Made by a program: the position numbers and the translations under genes. Positions 1-9,911 of a stretch of 64,000 nucleotides of DNA are shown here, piece after piece (the first letter of the stretch is position 1; each line of letters begins with the position of its first letter). The stretch spans positions 7,135 through 71,134 of the forward strand of contig VFLK01000033.1 in NCBI GenBank assembly GCA_009885085.1, given 5' to 3'. The stretch is from Minisyncoccota bacterium (GTDB taxonomy: Bacteria > Patescibacteriota > Microgenomatia > UBA1400 > PJMF01). The notes under the pieces were generated by a model that was not told the DNA's origin, did no database searches, and saw only the letters and a list, made by a program, of their open reading frames with translations.

Positions 1-135
1 AAAGATCGCTAAAAAAACGAATAAATATTTTTACGATACCATGTTACAATACTATGACAAACATTATAAAGACGCTTATCCGTCATTTATAAGAACCATT
101 ATTAAATATATTCTTGTCATCAAAAAAGGAGCACT

Positions 136-588
136 ATGAGCCACCAAAACGGATTTGCTGTTCAGCAATTAAGAACTCAAAACTTAGTAAAAGGAGTTGA
201 ATCTCTTTCAGGATTTGTTGCAGCTGTTATTGCAAACATGTTAATTCCTCAATTGTTAATTAAATATGTTTATGACCCAACAACTTTAACTGTAGCTCCT
301 CCAATCTTTGAATTCTTACCATTAGTAACTTACGGATTAGCACTTTTGTATTTCGTATTCGCTATGGTTGGAAATTTTATGAGAGAAAGAAATGCTAGAT
401 CTATGCAAAAAGAGATGTTACTTTCATCATGTTGCACAGATGGATCATGCGCTAATTGTAAAGATGAAGAAATTTCTGAAACAGAATTAAAAGAACTTGA
501 AAAAATTGTTGACAAAGCATTAAAGCCAACAAAAAAAGCTACCAAAAAAGTCGCAGCTAAGAAAAGTCCAGCTAAGAAAACCAAATAA
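136..588 (+). CDS. small hypothetical membrane protein with a Cys-rich motif (CCTDGSCANC) and a lysine-rich histone-H1-like C-terminal tail
   Basis: 150-aa ORF with hydrophobic segments, then C-x-C cluster and KK(A/P)-rich tail; no family recognised. Confidence 0.45.
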   Translation: MSHQNGFAVQQLRTQNLVKGVESLSGFVAAVIANMLIPQLLIKYVYDPTTLTVAPPIFEFLPLVTYGLALLYFVFAMVGNFMRERNARSMQKEMLLSSCCTDGSCANCKDEEISETELKELEKIVDKALKPTKKATKKVAAKKSPAKKTK

Positions 589-616
589 TTTTCTTTTACT
601 ACATAAATAATTTATA

Positions 617-643
617 ATAGACTTGTTGCGAAACAAGTCTATT
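617..643 (+). terminator. perfect 11-bp inverted repeat hairpin (atagacttgtt-gcgaa-aacaagtctat) downstream of the 136..588 ORF
   Basis: stem-loop read directly; lacks a clean U-tract so terminator function is uncertain. Confidence 0.3.
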
Positions 644-822
644 AGGTTCTATGCGAAATAAGCTTTGTAGCAATTTTGACATATATTTGAGTAATTTTGA
701 AGGCACTTGCGTGCGATAGTAGCTTTGTCTACTTGAGTATGCAAGTAACACGCAAAATTGCCAAATAGATGTTAAAATGCTGTGAATGTTATTTCGCAAA
801 GAACCTAAAAATTAAAGGTCAC

Positions 823-1914
823 ATGAAAATTGGAATTGATTGCCGACTGGCCGGTTCAAAGCACGCAGGAATTGGTCGATACACAGAAAGTTTGATTCTT
901 AATTTATTAGATCTTCACTCAAAAAATGAATGGGTTTTATTTTTTTACGATAAAAACCAGGCCAAAGAAGTACTTAAAAATCACATCACTGACAAAAACG
1001 TAAAAATTATTATTGCTCCTGTAAGTCATTATTCTATAAAAGAACAAATCAAACTTCCTAAAATATTTAAATCGGCAAATTTAGACCTGCTTCATGTTCC
1101 TCATTTTAATATTCCAATTTTTTATAAAGGAAAATTAATTGTAACAATTCATGATTTGCTATGGCATGAATATAAAGGTGGAACTGCAACTACTCTAAGC
1201 CCAGTAAAATATTTTTTAAAATATTTTTTCTATAAAGTGATTACAAAAATTGCAGTAAGTAGAGCAATAAAAATAATTGTTCCGGCTCAAACAATTATGA
1301 ATACTGTTGCAAAATTTTATCCCTCAACCTTATCAAAAATTATTGTTATTAAAGAAGGTGGAAAAATTTGGAATAAAAAAATTGCACCTTCAAAAAAACT
1401 TAAAAAAACTCTTCTGTATGTCGGATCCTTATATCCTCATAAAAATATAAAAATAGTGTTGCGATCTTTAATTCATTTACAAGACTATAAATTATTAATT
1501 GTAGGCTCAAGAAATATTTTTAGGGATAAAGTAGAAACATTCATTAAATATGAAAACATTGAAAACAGAGTAACTTTTTTAGGTTTCTTAAATGATGAAA
1601 AACTATCAAAACTTTACACTCAAGTTACGGCTTTAGTTCAACCTTCACTTTCTGAGGGTTTTGGATTAACTGGAGTCGAAGCTATGGCACTTGGAACTCC
1701 AATTCTAGCCTCAAATATTCCAATATTCCAAGAAATATATCAAGATGTAGCCTATTACTTTAGTCCACATTCTGAATCATCTTTTTCAAGTGCTATTCAC
1801 GAACTCGAACGAGATGATAAGCAACGTATTAAAGCTGGAATAAAATTATCAAAAACTTATAGTTGGAAAAAAATGGCCCTAAAAACACTAGAGGTTTATA
1901 GTGACATTGAATAA
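823..1914 (+). CDS. glycosyltransferase family 1 (GT4-type)
   Basis: N-terminus MKIGIDCRLAGSKHAGIGRY and C-terminal EGFGLTGVEAMALGTPILASN are typical of GT4/GT1 retaining glycosyltransferases; start placed at the internal ATG 823 rather than the ORF-track 769. Confidence 0.8.
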   Translation: MKIGIDCRLAGSKHAGIGRYTESLILNLLDLHSKNEWVLFFYDKNQAKEVLKNHITDKNVKIIIAPVSHYSIKEQIKLPKIFKSANLDLLHVPHFNIPIFYKGKLIVTIHDLLWHEYKGGTATTLSPVKYFLKYFFYKVITKIAVSRAIKIIVPAQTIMNTVAKFYPSTLSKIIVIKEGGKIWNKKIAPSKKLKKTLLYVGSLYPHKNIKIVLRSLIHLQDYKLLIVGSRNIFRDKVETFIKYENIENRVTFLGFLNDEKLSKLYTQVTALVQPSLSEGFGLTGVEAMALGTPILASNIPIFQEIYQDVAYYFSPHSESSFSSAIHELERDDKQRIKAGIKLSKTYSWKKMALKTLEVYSDIE

Positions 1915-3127
1915 ATCTATTACACCAAAGATTGCCCTCGTTTACGATAGAGTTAACACTTCTTATGGAGGAGCTGAGCACGTTCTCAAAGCAATTGGAG
2001 AAATTTTCCCAGAGGCTCCGCTTTTCACTTCAGTCCATTCAAAGGAAATCGCCACCTGGGCAAATAAATTCAAAATATACGCAAGCTTTTTGCAAAAAAT
2101 TAAGTTTTTTAGGAAAAGACATCAATTATTAGCATCCTTAATGCCAACGGCATTTGAATCACTGAAACTTGATGATTATGACATTGTCATTTCAATTTCC
2201 AGTGCCGAAGCCAAAGGTGTTTTAACGAAACCCAATCAACTCCATATTTGCTACATGCTCACGCCAACAAGATATATTCATTCTCACAGAAAAAAATATT
2301 TATCATCTAAAAAAATTTTGCGTTGGCCGATAGTAAACCAACTAGCTAACACAATGCTTAATTATTTAAAATGGTGGGACAAGGCAGCAGTTTATAGACC
2401 AGACATGATCATTCCGATTTCAAATTTAATCAAAAATAGAATTAAAGAATTTTATGCAATCGATTCGGAAGCTGTGATTTATCCTCCCGCTAACGTTGCC
2501 CCAAGAAAAGCTACTCTAAAAACCGCCCACCCAAAAAAAATCGATTTTCCTTTCTACCTTAGCATTTCTAGATTGGTTGACTATAAAAGAGTCGATTTAA
2601 GCATTAAACCAGCTCTCAAACTTGATAAAAACTTGGTTGTTGTAGGAACTGGAGTTCAGGAAAATGAGCTAAAAGAGATTGCTCAAAACCAGTGGACTGA
2701 AAAACTAACTGGAGAAACGATTGATGCATTATTAAAAAGAGCAAAAAAACAAAAAACAAAAATTATCTTTACCAAAGATTTGTCTGAATTAGACGTAAAT
2801 TTTCTATTAACAAACTGTAAAGCAGTAATTATGCCGGGAGAAGAGGATTTTGGAATAACTGGACTTGAGGCAAGTATTTTTGGCAAACCTGTGATAGTAT
2901 TTTATATTAGTGGTGTTTCTGAGCTGCTTGAAAATGGGATTGATTCTATTTTTATTAAGGAAGAAACAGAAGCAGAGGTGATAAGAGCAATAAATAAATT
3001 GGAAAGCACAAACTTTAATACTCGTCTCATCTTATCAAAAGCAAAATATCACAGCGTAGAGAAATTTAAGAAACAATTTGAAAAAAAAGTACTTGATAGT
3101 TGGAAACACTTTAATTTAAACAGCTGA
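1901..3127 (+). CDS. glycosyltransferase family 1 (GT4-type), second copy
   Basis: IALVYDRVNTSYGGAEHV N-terminus and EEDFGITGLEASIFGKPVI motif; GTG start overlaps the upstream gene. Confidence 0.7.
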   Translation: MTLNKSITPKIALVYDRVNTSYGGAEHVLKAIGEIFPEAPLFTSVHSKEIATWANKFKIYASFLQKIKFFRKRHQLLASLMPTAFESLKLDDYDIVISISSAEAKGVLTKPNQLHICYMLTPTRYIHSHRKKYLSSKKILRWPIVNQLANTMLNYLKWWDKAAVYRPDMIIPISNLIKNRIKEFYAIDSEAVIYPPANVAPRKATLKTAHPKKIDFPFYLSISRLVDYKRVDLSIKPALKLDKNLVVVGTGVQENELKEIAQNQWTEKLTGETIDALLKRAKKQKTKIIFTKDLSELDVNFLLTNCKAVIMPGEEDFGITGLEASIFGKPVIVFYISGVSELLENGIDSIFIKEETEAEVIRAINKLESTNFNTRLILSKAKYHSVEKFKKQFEKKVLDSWKHFNLNS

Positions 3128-3136
3128 AAGGACCTT

Positions 3137-4240
3137 ATGTCTAACCTAGATCATGTATATGCCGTAATTCTAGCCGGTGGTGGCGGAACAAGACTTTGGC
3201 CAAAATCTAGAATTAATACTCCTAAGCAATTCTTAAAACTGCTTGGAAAAGAAACAATGATTCAGATCACAGCCTCAAGGATCACCAATCTTGTACCTTG
3301 GAAAAGAGTGATTGTTGTTACAAACGAACTCTATAAAGATGAAGTTCGTAAACAACTCCCTCAAGTCCCAAGCGAAAACATCATTTCAGAACCAACCAAA
3401 AGAGACACTGCTTTGGCAATGCTCGTTGGTACACTTTATGCAAAATCTAAAGATCCAGAAGCAGTGATTATTAACTTAGCCTCAGATCATGTTGTGCCCA
3501 ACCATGTTGAATTTACCAGAGTAATGAAGCTGGCAGCAAAAACTGCTCAAGAGAATGACTATTTAGTTACGGTGGGAATCTCTCCAACTAGACCTTCCAC
3601 CGGGTTTGGATACATAAGAACTGGTAATGACTTAGAGAAATTAGATCGAGGTCTTTCTCTATTTAAAGTCGATAGTTTTACCGAAAAACCAAATGAAGCA
3701 ACCGCAAGAGGTTTTATATCTACCGGAAAATACTACTGGAATGCAAATATGTATGTTTGGTCGGCAACAGTTTTGGAAAGAGCTTTTCAAACTCACATGC
3801 ATACTATGTACGAGTTAACCAGTAAACTTTCTAGTTTAAACTCAAAAGATTTTCACGCTTCACTTAAAGCAATTTACGATCAAGCTGAATCAATATCTAT
3901 TGATTACGCAATTTCTGAAAAGGCCACCAACCTTGTATTAATTCCTGGAGATTTTGGCTGGGATGATGTTGGCGACTGGAAAGTTGTCTACGATCTAGAA
4001 AAAAAGGATTCTAAAGGCAATGTTGTAATCGGAGACCATGAGCCAAAGAATGTGATCATGGTAGATTCCAATAACAACTTGATTCATACAAACGGAAGAC
4101 TGATTAGTTTGGTGGGTGTAGAAGACCTGATAATTATTGACACAGAAGAAATTCTGATGATAATGCCTAAATCAAAGAGTCAAGACATTAAAAAAATAGT
4201 TAATAAATTAGAGGAAGAGAAAAAAGAGGAATATTTATAA
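3137..4240 (+). CDS. mannose-1-phosphate guanylyltransferase-like sugar nucleotidyltransferase
   Basis: AVILAGGGGTRLWPKSR...PKQF nucleotidyltransferase signature, ManC/CpsB-like length. Confidence 0.8.
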   Translation: MSNLDHVYAVILAGGGGTRLWPKSRINTPKQFLKLLGKETMIQITASRITNLVPWKRVIVVTNELYKDEVRKQLPQVPSENIISEPTKRDTALAMLVGTLYAKSKDPEAVIINLASDHVVPNHVEFTRVMKLAAKTAQENDYLVTVGISPTRPSTGFGYIRTGNDLEKLDRGLSLFKVDSFTEKPNEATARGFISTGKYYWNANMYVWSATVLERAFQTHMHTMYELTSKLSSLNSKDFHASLKAIYDQAESISIDYAISEKATNLVLIPGDFGWDDVGDWKVVYDLEKKDSKGNVVIGDHEPKNVIMVDSNNNLIHTNGRLISLVGVEDLIIIDTEEILMIMPKSKSQDIKKIVNKLEEEKKEEYL

Positions 4241-4242
4241 TC

Positions 4243-4863
4243 ATGAATTACGCCCAACAAAAAAGAATACTTGATGTAGCGTCAGCCTTAGTTCTTTGCA
4301 TAGTATTTTTACCAATTTGGTTTATTGTTCCTATCATGATTTATCTTGATTCAGGATTGCCAATAATTTTTAAACATAAAAGACTCGGACTTAATGGCAA
4401 AGAGTTTTATCTATATAAATTTAGATCCATGGTTCCAGATGCCGATGACATTCTCCATAAACGTAATAAAAGAATGTTAGCTAGATTTAGAAAAGGAGAC
4501 TGGAAAATTAAAAATGATCCAAGAATTACTAAACTTGGTAAAGCATTAAGGTCATTAACAATTGATGAATTTCCACAAATTTATAACGTACTTAAAGGTG
4601 AGATGAGTATGATTGGACCAAGAGCTTATGTGGAAAAAGAGTTTAATGAGCAAACCAAAAAATACCCAGAAACTAAAAAATATAAGGCTATTATTCTTTC
4701 TGTTAAACCAGGAATTACTGGTCCTTGGCAAACTTCAGGTAGAAATGAAATTCCTTTTAATATTCGTGCAAAAATGGATGCTGACTATGCAAGCAAGAAA
4801 TCAATTCGTCGAGATTTGCTCATAATGTTAAAAACACCCAAGGCAATGATTTCAAAGTGGTAA
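4243..4863 (+). CDS. bacterial sugar transferase (undecaprenyl-phosphate sugar-1-phosphate transferase, WbaP/PglC C-terminal-domain type)
   Basis: single N-terminal TM helix, KFRSM and PQIYNVLKGEMSMIGPRA motifs. Confidence 0.85.
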   Translation: MNYAQQKRILDVASALVLCIVFLPIWFIVPIMIYLDSGLPIIFKHKRLGLNGKEFYLYKFRSMVPDADDILHKRNKRMLARFRKGDWKIKNDPRITKLGKALRSLTIDEFPQIYNVLKGEMSMIGPRAYVEKEFNEQTKKYPETKKYKAIILSVKPGITGPWQTSGRNEIPFNIRAKMDADYASKKSIRRDLLIMLKTPKAMISKW

Positions 4864-4894
4864 TCTATACCAATTTTTTGCTATACTACCAATT

Positions 4895-6922
4895 ATGCTA
4901 AATAAGAATGTTGTTCAAGACACAGCTGAAAATGCATCTAACTCAAAAATAGGGCCTGTTGATGTTGCTAAAAAAGAAACCATAAAAATTGAGGCCAAAG
5001 CGGCCATGAAAAAAACAAGTTTTAAATCGAAAGTTTCTGCATACTTTGCTAATCATCCAAAAATGAAACCAATCTTAATATCAGTCGGAATATTTTTTCT
5101 GCTATTAATTTCTGTCACTTCAGTTCTAGGATTCAAAACTTACAAAACCGTTGTTGAGATTAAAGACAAAGCAAACGTTCTCCAAGTCAAAGCAATGGAA
5201 ACATACGATCTGTTTAAAGCTCAAAATCTCCCAGCAGTTCAAGAAAATCTCAACCAAATTGATAAAGAGCTAGCAGAAACAAAAGATATGTACTCGCAGT
5301 TAGCTTTTTACTCCTACGTGCCTTTTGCTAAAAACTACTACAATGATGGACTTCATGGATTTAATGCCGCTCAATCAGGACTTTCGGCAGGGAAAAAATC
5401 AGTTGAAGCGATTATACCATATGCTGATGTTTTGGGATTTTCAGGTGAAGGAACATTCACAGGTGGCACCACAGAAGACAGATTGAAAGTGATTCTAGAA
5501 ACCTTAGATAAAATTTCTCCAATTCTTGATGACATAGCAAATAACTTAAAAACTGTTGAATCAGAATTAGCATTAATCAATCCTCAAAGATATCCAGAAA
5601 CTCTAAAAGAATTTGAAGTTAGATCAAACATTGTCAAAGCCCAAGAATTAAGTTCAGGAGCTGTTTTGGCACTAACCGAATACAGACCAGTTATTGAAGA
5701 ATTACCAAGCGTAGCTGGAGCAGGGGGCGTAAGAAAAAAATACTTAATATTATTTCAAAATGACAATGAGCTAAGACCAACTGGTGGATTCTTAACTGCC
5801 TATGCTGTGATTAATGTTGAAAATGGAAAAGTCGAGGCAGAATCATCTAACGATATTTATGAACTCGATCAATTGTTTTCCAAAAAAATCCCTATCCCTG
5901 CAGAGCTCGGTAGATATTTAACCACAGAAAAATATTGGCACTTAAGAGATATGAATGTTTCTCCTGATTTAAAATTATCGATGGATGTGTTCTTCGAAAA
6001 TTACTCAACTGTGCCAAATCAAGCAAAGGAAGTAGATGGAATTATTACAATAGATACTCATTTCTTGACCAATCTAATGAAAGTCTTAGGACCAGTTGAA
6101 GTCCCAGGATATGGAACTTTCAGCGCAGAAAATGATCCAAGATGTGACTGTCCTCAGATAATCTACGTTCTTTCCGAAATTATTACCCGTCCAACTCCTT
6201 ATTTAAGAAACGATAGAAAAGGAATACTTGGTCCGCTGATGAGATCATTACTTACCAAAGCTTACACCGCCCCTAAGCAAACATGGCCAGAATTATTTCA
6301 AACAGGTTTTGATAGTATCCAGAACAGACACGCTCAATTTTACTTTATTGACGAAAAAGCTCAAGCTGCCGCTGAACTTGCTAATGTAGCTGGAAGAATG
6401 AATCCTCCAAGTGATGGCTCAGATTTCTTAGCAATCATTAATTCAAATTTGGGTGGTGCAAAATCTAATTTATTTATTGATTATGATGTTGTTCAAACTG
6501 TTTCAGCTCCTGAAAACGGAATGCTAGAAAAAACCGTTGAAATTACTTACAGAAATACTCATAAAGCAGACAACTGCAATCTTGAAGCAGGAAAGTTATG
6601 TTTAAATTCAACTTTGAGAGACTGGACAAGACTTTATGTTCCAGAAGGCTCTGAGTTGCTCACTTCACAAGGTTTCTTGGAAGATGCTAAAACTTACACA
6701 GAAAATGGTTTTACAGTCATCGATGGCTTCTTCACGCTTGAACCAATGGCAACAGCGAAATTGAAGTTTATCTATAAAGTTCCATATGCTGATAATGTAA
6801 ATTATAAAGTCGAAATATGGAAACAAGGCGGAATAGAACAATTTGAAACTCTGATGGATGTTACTGGCGGACAAGAAAAAATTACTGTCCAAAGGGACAC
6901 CACCTACGAGACTTTCTTTTAA
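4895..6922 (+). CDS. large membrane-anchored extracytoplasmic protein of unknown function (possibly DUF4012-like, cell-envelope polysaccharide associated)
   Basis: 675 aa, one TM helix near residues 60-80 and the rest predicted outside; sits in the polysaccharide cluster; family assignment is tentative. Confidence 0.4.
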   Translation: MLNKNVVQDTAENASNSKIGPVDVAKKETIKIEAKAAMKKTSFKSKVSAYFANHPKMKPILISVGIFFLLLISVTSVLGFKTYKTVVEIKDKANVLQVKAMETYDLFKAQNLPAVQENLNQIDKELAETKDMYSQLAFYSYVPFAKNYYNDGLHGFNAAQSGLSAGKKSVEAIIPYADVLGFSGEGTFTGGTTEDRLKVILETLDKISPILDDIANNLKTVESELALINPQRYPETLKEFEVRSNIVKAQELSSGAVLALTEYRPVIEELPSVAGAGGVRKKYLILFQNDNELRPTGGFLTAYAVINVENGKVEAESSNDIYELDQLFSKKIPIPAELGRYLTTEKYWHLRDMNVSPDLKLSMDVFFENYSTVPNQAKEVDGIITIDTHFLTNLMKVLGPVEVPGYGTFSAENDPRCDCPQIIYVLSEIITRPTPYLRNDRKGILGPLMRSLLTKAYTAPKQTWPELFQTGFDSIQNRHAQFYFIDEKAQAAAELANVAGRMNPPSDGSDFLAIINSNLGGAKSNLFIDYDVVQTVSAPENGMLEKTVEITYRNTHKADNCNLEAGKLCLNSTLRDWTRLYVPEGSELLTSQGFLEDAKTYTENGFTVIDGFFTLEPMATAKLKFIYKVPYADNVNYKVEIWKQGGIEQFETLMDVTGGQEKITVQRDTTYETFF

Positions 6923-7023
6923 GATCAACGCTAACTTGAAAATTACAATTCCTGCAGAAACTTAAGATAAAACCTGTTATATATTTAGTTGCAGGCTCGG
7001 TCAAATATTATCGACCTAAAAAT

Positions 7024-7566
7024 ATGAAATCAAACACCTTCTCTACAAAGGGCATTGTTTTAAAAAGAGTCAACGTTGGCGAAACTGACCGAATAATAAA
7101 CTTACTCACTCAAGAATATGGCAAAATGACTTGTGTGGCCAAAGGAGTGAGAAAACTTAAATCAAGTAATCGGGCATACTTGGAACCAGGGAACTTAATT
7201 AAAGCTTTCATGATTCAAACTAAATCGCTTCCATTGTTAACTCAGGCAACACTCATCGATGACTGCTCAAGAATGAAACAAACATTGGGATCTTTTCGAC
7301 AACTATCGCAAATGTTAGAAATATTTGAAAAACTTTTTGTCGAACAAGAACTTGAACCAGAGATATTTGCGAAAGCGCTGGAATTGAGGAAAAAAATATC
7401 TTCTAGCACAGCCTCTGGCTCTTATATAAAAGAAGCATTAACTGAAATAATTACTGGCTTAGGATTTCAAGACCCCAAAGATTCGAAGTATCTGACAATT
7501 ACTGACTATATTTCGGCCCTTTCGGACAGAAAAATGAAGAGCTTTGATTATCTTAATGTTAAATAA
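7024..7566 (+). CDS. recO: short DNA repair protein RecO-like
   Basis: N-terminus GIVLKRVNVGETDRIINLLTQEYGKMTCVAKGVRKLKSS matches the RecO OB-fold N-domain; only 180 aa. Confidence 0.55.
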   Translation: MKSNTFSTKGIVLKRVNVGETDRIINLLTQEYGKMTCVAKGVRKLKSSNRAYLEPGNLIKAFMIQTKSLPLLTQATLIDDCSRMKQTLGSFRQLSQMLEIFEKLFVEQELEPEIFAKALELRKKISSSTASGSYIKEALTEIITGLGFQDPKDSKYLTITDYISALSDRKMKSFDYLNVK

Positions 7567-7639
7567 TTGAATATAAAAACCTGACACAAGGTGAATCGCT
7601 CTAGCGAGAGAAGGTAGCCTGGGCTATAATAACTTTCAT

Positions 7640-9070
7640 ATGCCTGAAGAAAACAATAAATTGAAATCACAACCAACACTTGAAGAAATTGTAAGTCTAT
7701 CTAAAAGACGCGGATTTGTATTCCAAACATCAGCAATTTATGGTGGACTTGCCAATTCATATGACTACGGGCCACTTGGAGTAGAACTTCTTAGAAATAT
7801 TAAAAACGAGTGGTGGCGAGAATTTATCAACAAACGAGCAGACATGGTGGGAATTGATTCCCAAATCTTGCTTCATCCAAAAACTTGGGTTGCTTCGGGA
7901 CATGTAGGTTCCTTTAGTGATCCTTTAGTCGATGATGTAGTTACCAAAAAACGCTACCGAGCCGATCATTTAATTGAAGAATGGGTTGAACGACAACTCA
8001 AAAAAGGGAAAGAGGAATGGAACGGATTTGTTGTTGAAAATTTAAGTCTTGAAGAAATGGCAAAATTTATTAGTGACAATCAAATCTTGAGTCCTGACGG
8101 AAATAAAATTACTGAACCAAAATCTTTCAATCTTCTTTTTGAAACTGAGATTGGCACCATTGCCGGCGAAAAAACAATCATTTATTTGCGTGGAGAAACC
8201 GCCCAAGGAATATTCACAAATTTTAGTCAAGTTTTAGATTCTACTAGAGTTCAACTACCTTTCGGCATTGGTCAGATAGGGAAAAGCTTTAGAAATGAAA
8301 TTACCACCGGGCAATTTATCTTTAGAACGCTCGAGCTTGAGCAAGCAGAAATTGAATACTTTTTTAATCCAAATAATCAAGATTGGCATGAACTCATGGA
8401 AACTTGGAAACAGCAAATGATGAGTTTTGCAGTAAATACACTGGGTATAAAAACTGAGAATTTAAGATGGCGAAGGCATTCAGATAGCGAAAGAAGTTTT
8501 TATAGCAAAGACACCTATGATTTAGATTACAACTTCTCATTTGGTTGGAAAGAACTTTGGGGAGTTGCCTACAGAACTGACTATGATTTGAAACAACACA
8601 TGGAATTTTCAGGTCAATCACTCGAATATAGAGATCCATTCTCTGGCGAAGTTTTTGTACCACACGTTATGGAACCGGCACTCGGTATTGGCAGAGCTCT
8701 CTTGATGGTATTAACCGATGCTTATTACAAGGATGAAGAAAAAAATCGTATAGTTCTAAAACTTAAGCCATCTTTGGCTCCATATAAAGCCGCAATTTTT
8801 CCATTAGTTAAAAATAAACCAGAAATTGTTTCCCAAGCTCAAGAATTATTTAATTTGCTTGGTCAGAAGTTCTCCTGTACTTGGGATGCAAGAGGAAATA
8901 TTGGCAAAAGATACTTAACTCAAGATGAAATTGGTACTCCATTCTGTATCACAGTTGATTATCAAACTTTAGAAGACAAAACAGTGACTATTAGAGATAG
9001 AGATACTACCGAACAGACTAGAATGCCAATTGAGAAACTTGAAAGCTATATTGAATCCATGATAAAGTAA
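7640..9070 (+). CDS. glyQS: glycyl-tRNA synthetase (class II, dimeric GlyQS type)
   Basis: RRGFVFQTSAIYGGLANSYDYGPLGVELLRNIKNEWW N-terminus is diagnostic of GlyRS. Confidence 0.85.
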   Translation: MPEENNKLKSQPTLEEIVSLSKRRGFVFQTSAIYGGLANSYDYGPLGVELLRNIKNEWWREFINKRADMVGIDSQILLHPKTWVASGHVGSFSDPLVDDVVTKKRYRADHLIEEWVERQLKKGKEEWNGFVVENLSLEEMAKFISDNQILSPDGNKITEPKSFNLLFETEIGTIAGEKTIIYLRGETAQGIFTNFSQVLDSTRVQLPFGIGQIGKSFRNEITTGQFIFRTLELEQAEIEYFFNPNNQDWHELMETWKQQMMSFAVNTLGIKTENLRWRRHSDSERSFYSKDTYDLDYNFSFGWKELWGVAYRTDYDLKQHMEFSGQSLEYRDPFSGEVFVPHVMEPALGIGRALLMVLTDAYYKDEEKNRIVLKLKPSLAPYKAAIFPLVKNKPEIVSQAQELFNLLGQKFSCTWDARGNIGKRYLTQDEIGTPFCITVDYQTLEDKTVTIRDRDTTEQTRMPIEKLESYIESMIK

Positions 9071-9076
9071 GGTTCT

Positions 9077-9889
9077 ATGAAAAATCTGAAAATCCCTAAT
9101 AAAAAAGTTCTTACGATTATTGGTGTGATTTTATTAGTTGTTGGCATAGGATTATTTGTTAAATCTCGATCAAAAGACACTGTTGTCGCTGAGGCTCCAA
9201 AGCTTAAAAAGACTAAAATTACCGAACCATTAAATATTATTGACGTCAGCGAAAGACCATATGTTGTAATTTCGCCAAATACAGATGGCAAAAACATTAC
9301 CGTGGCGGTCAACACTATAAAGAAGGATGCGTCAGCAGTTGATTACGAACTTGAATACCAGGCTGGTTCTTTATTGCAGGGTGTTTTTGGTTCAATTGAT
9401 CTAACTAAACTTCCAGCAAGTACAAAACAGCTTTTGGGCAGTTGCAGCGCCGGTGGTGCCTGTACATATCATGAAGATGTAAAGGGCGGTCACTTAACTA
9501 CTAGATTTAACGGCAAAGAAAATTATGCATTAAAATCTGAGTGGAAATATATTGAAAATAAGACAGGTGAAGATTCTCTGAGTTCTACAGATGCTAAATT
9601 TCAAATTAATTCAAAGGAACTCAAAGCTGCAAAACTAGCGGTTGTTTTTAATACTCCTGGATATCCAGAAAAGCTTGATGGAACTATTAATTCCGATCCT
9701 TATTCATTACAAACCATTCCAGTAGTTTCTGGTAAAGCTACTCTAACCATGAGATCCAAAGAAGAAGGCAAGTTGGTAATCTTAGGCTGGAACGGTACCA
9801 AGTGGACAGAGTTTGCCGGCGAAGTTGATGGTAAATCCATTACAGCTGAAGTAGATTTAATGGAACTTTATGTTGTTGTCAGTAAATAA
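9077..9889 (+). CDS. hypothetical membrane-anchored/secreted protein
   Basis: N-terminal TM or signal-anchor (VLTIIGVILLVVGIGLFV); no family recognised. Confidence 0.4.
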   Translation: MKNLKIPNKKVLTIIGVILLVVGIGLFVKSRSKDTVVAEAPKLKKTKITEPLNIIDVSERPYVVISPNTDGKNITVAVNTIKKDASAVDYELEYQAGSLLQGVFGSIDLTKLPASTKQLLGSCSAGGACTYHEDVKGGHLTTRFNGKENYALKSEWKYIENKTGEDSLSSTDAKFQINSKELKAAKLAVVFNTPGYPEKLDGTINSDPYSLQTIPVVSGKATLTMRSKEEGKLVILGWNGTKWTEFAGEVDGKSITAEVDLMELYVVVSK

Positions 9890-9911
9890 ATTGGCGGCAA
9901 CTAAATTTGGA

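Noticed and set aside
330-584. Numerous 60-110-aa ORFs antisense to or nested within confident genes (for example 330..584-, 12115..12456-, 16444..16794-, 27282..27920-, 61883..62122-)
   Set aside because: They fully overlap strongly supported genes on the other strand or in another frame, have low-complexity translations and no independent signals. Treated as frame-shadow artefacts.
599-799. 66-aa minus-strand ORF in the intergenic region before the first glycosyltransferase
   Set aside because: Lies in a structured AT-rich promoter region with hairpins. No start context or homology. Probably non-coding.
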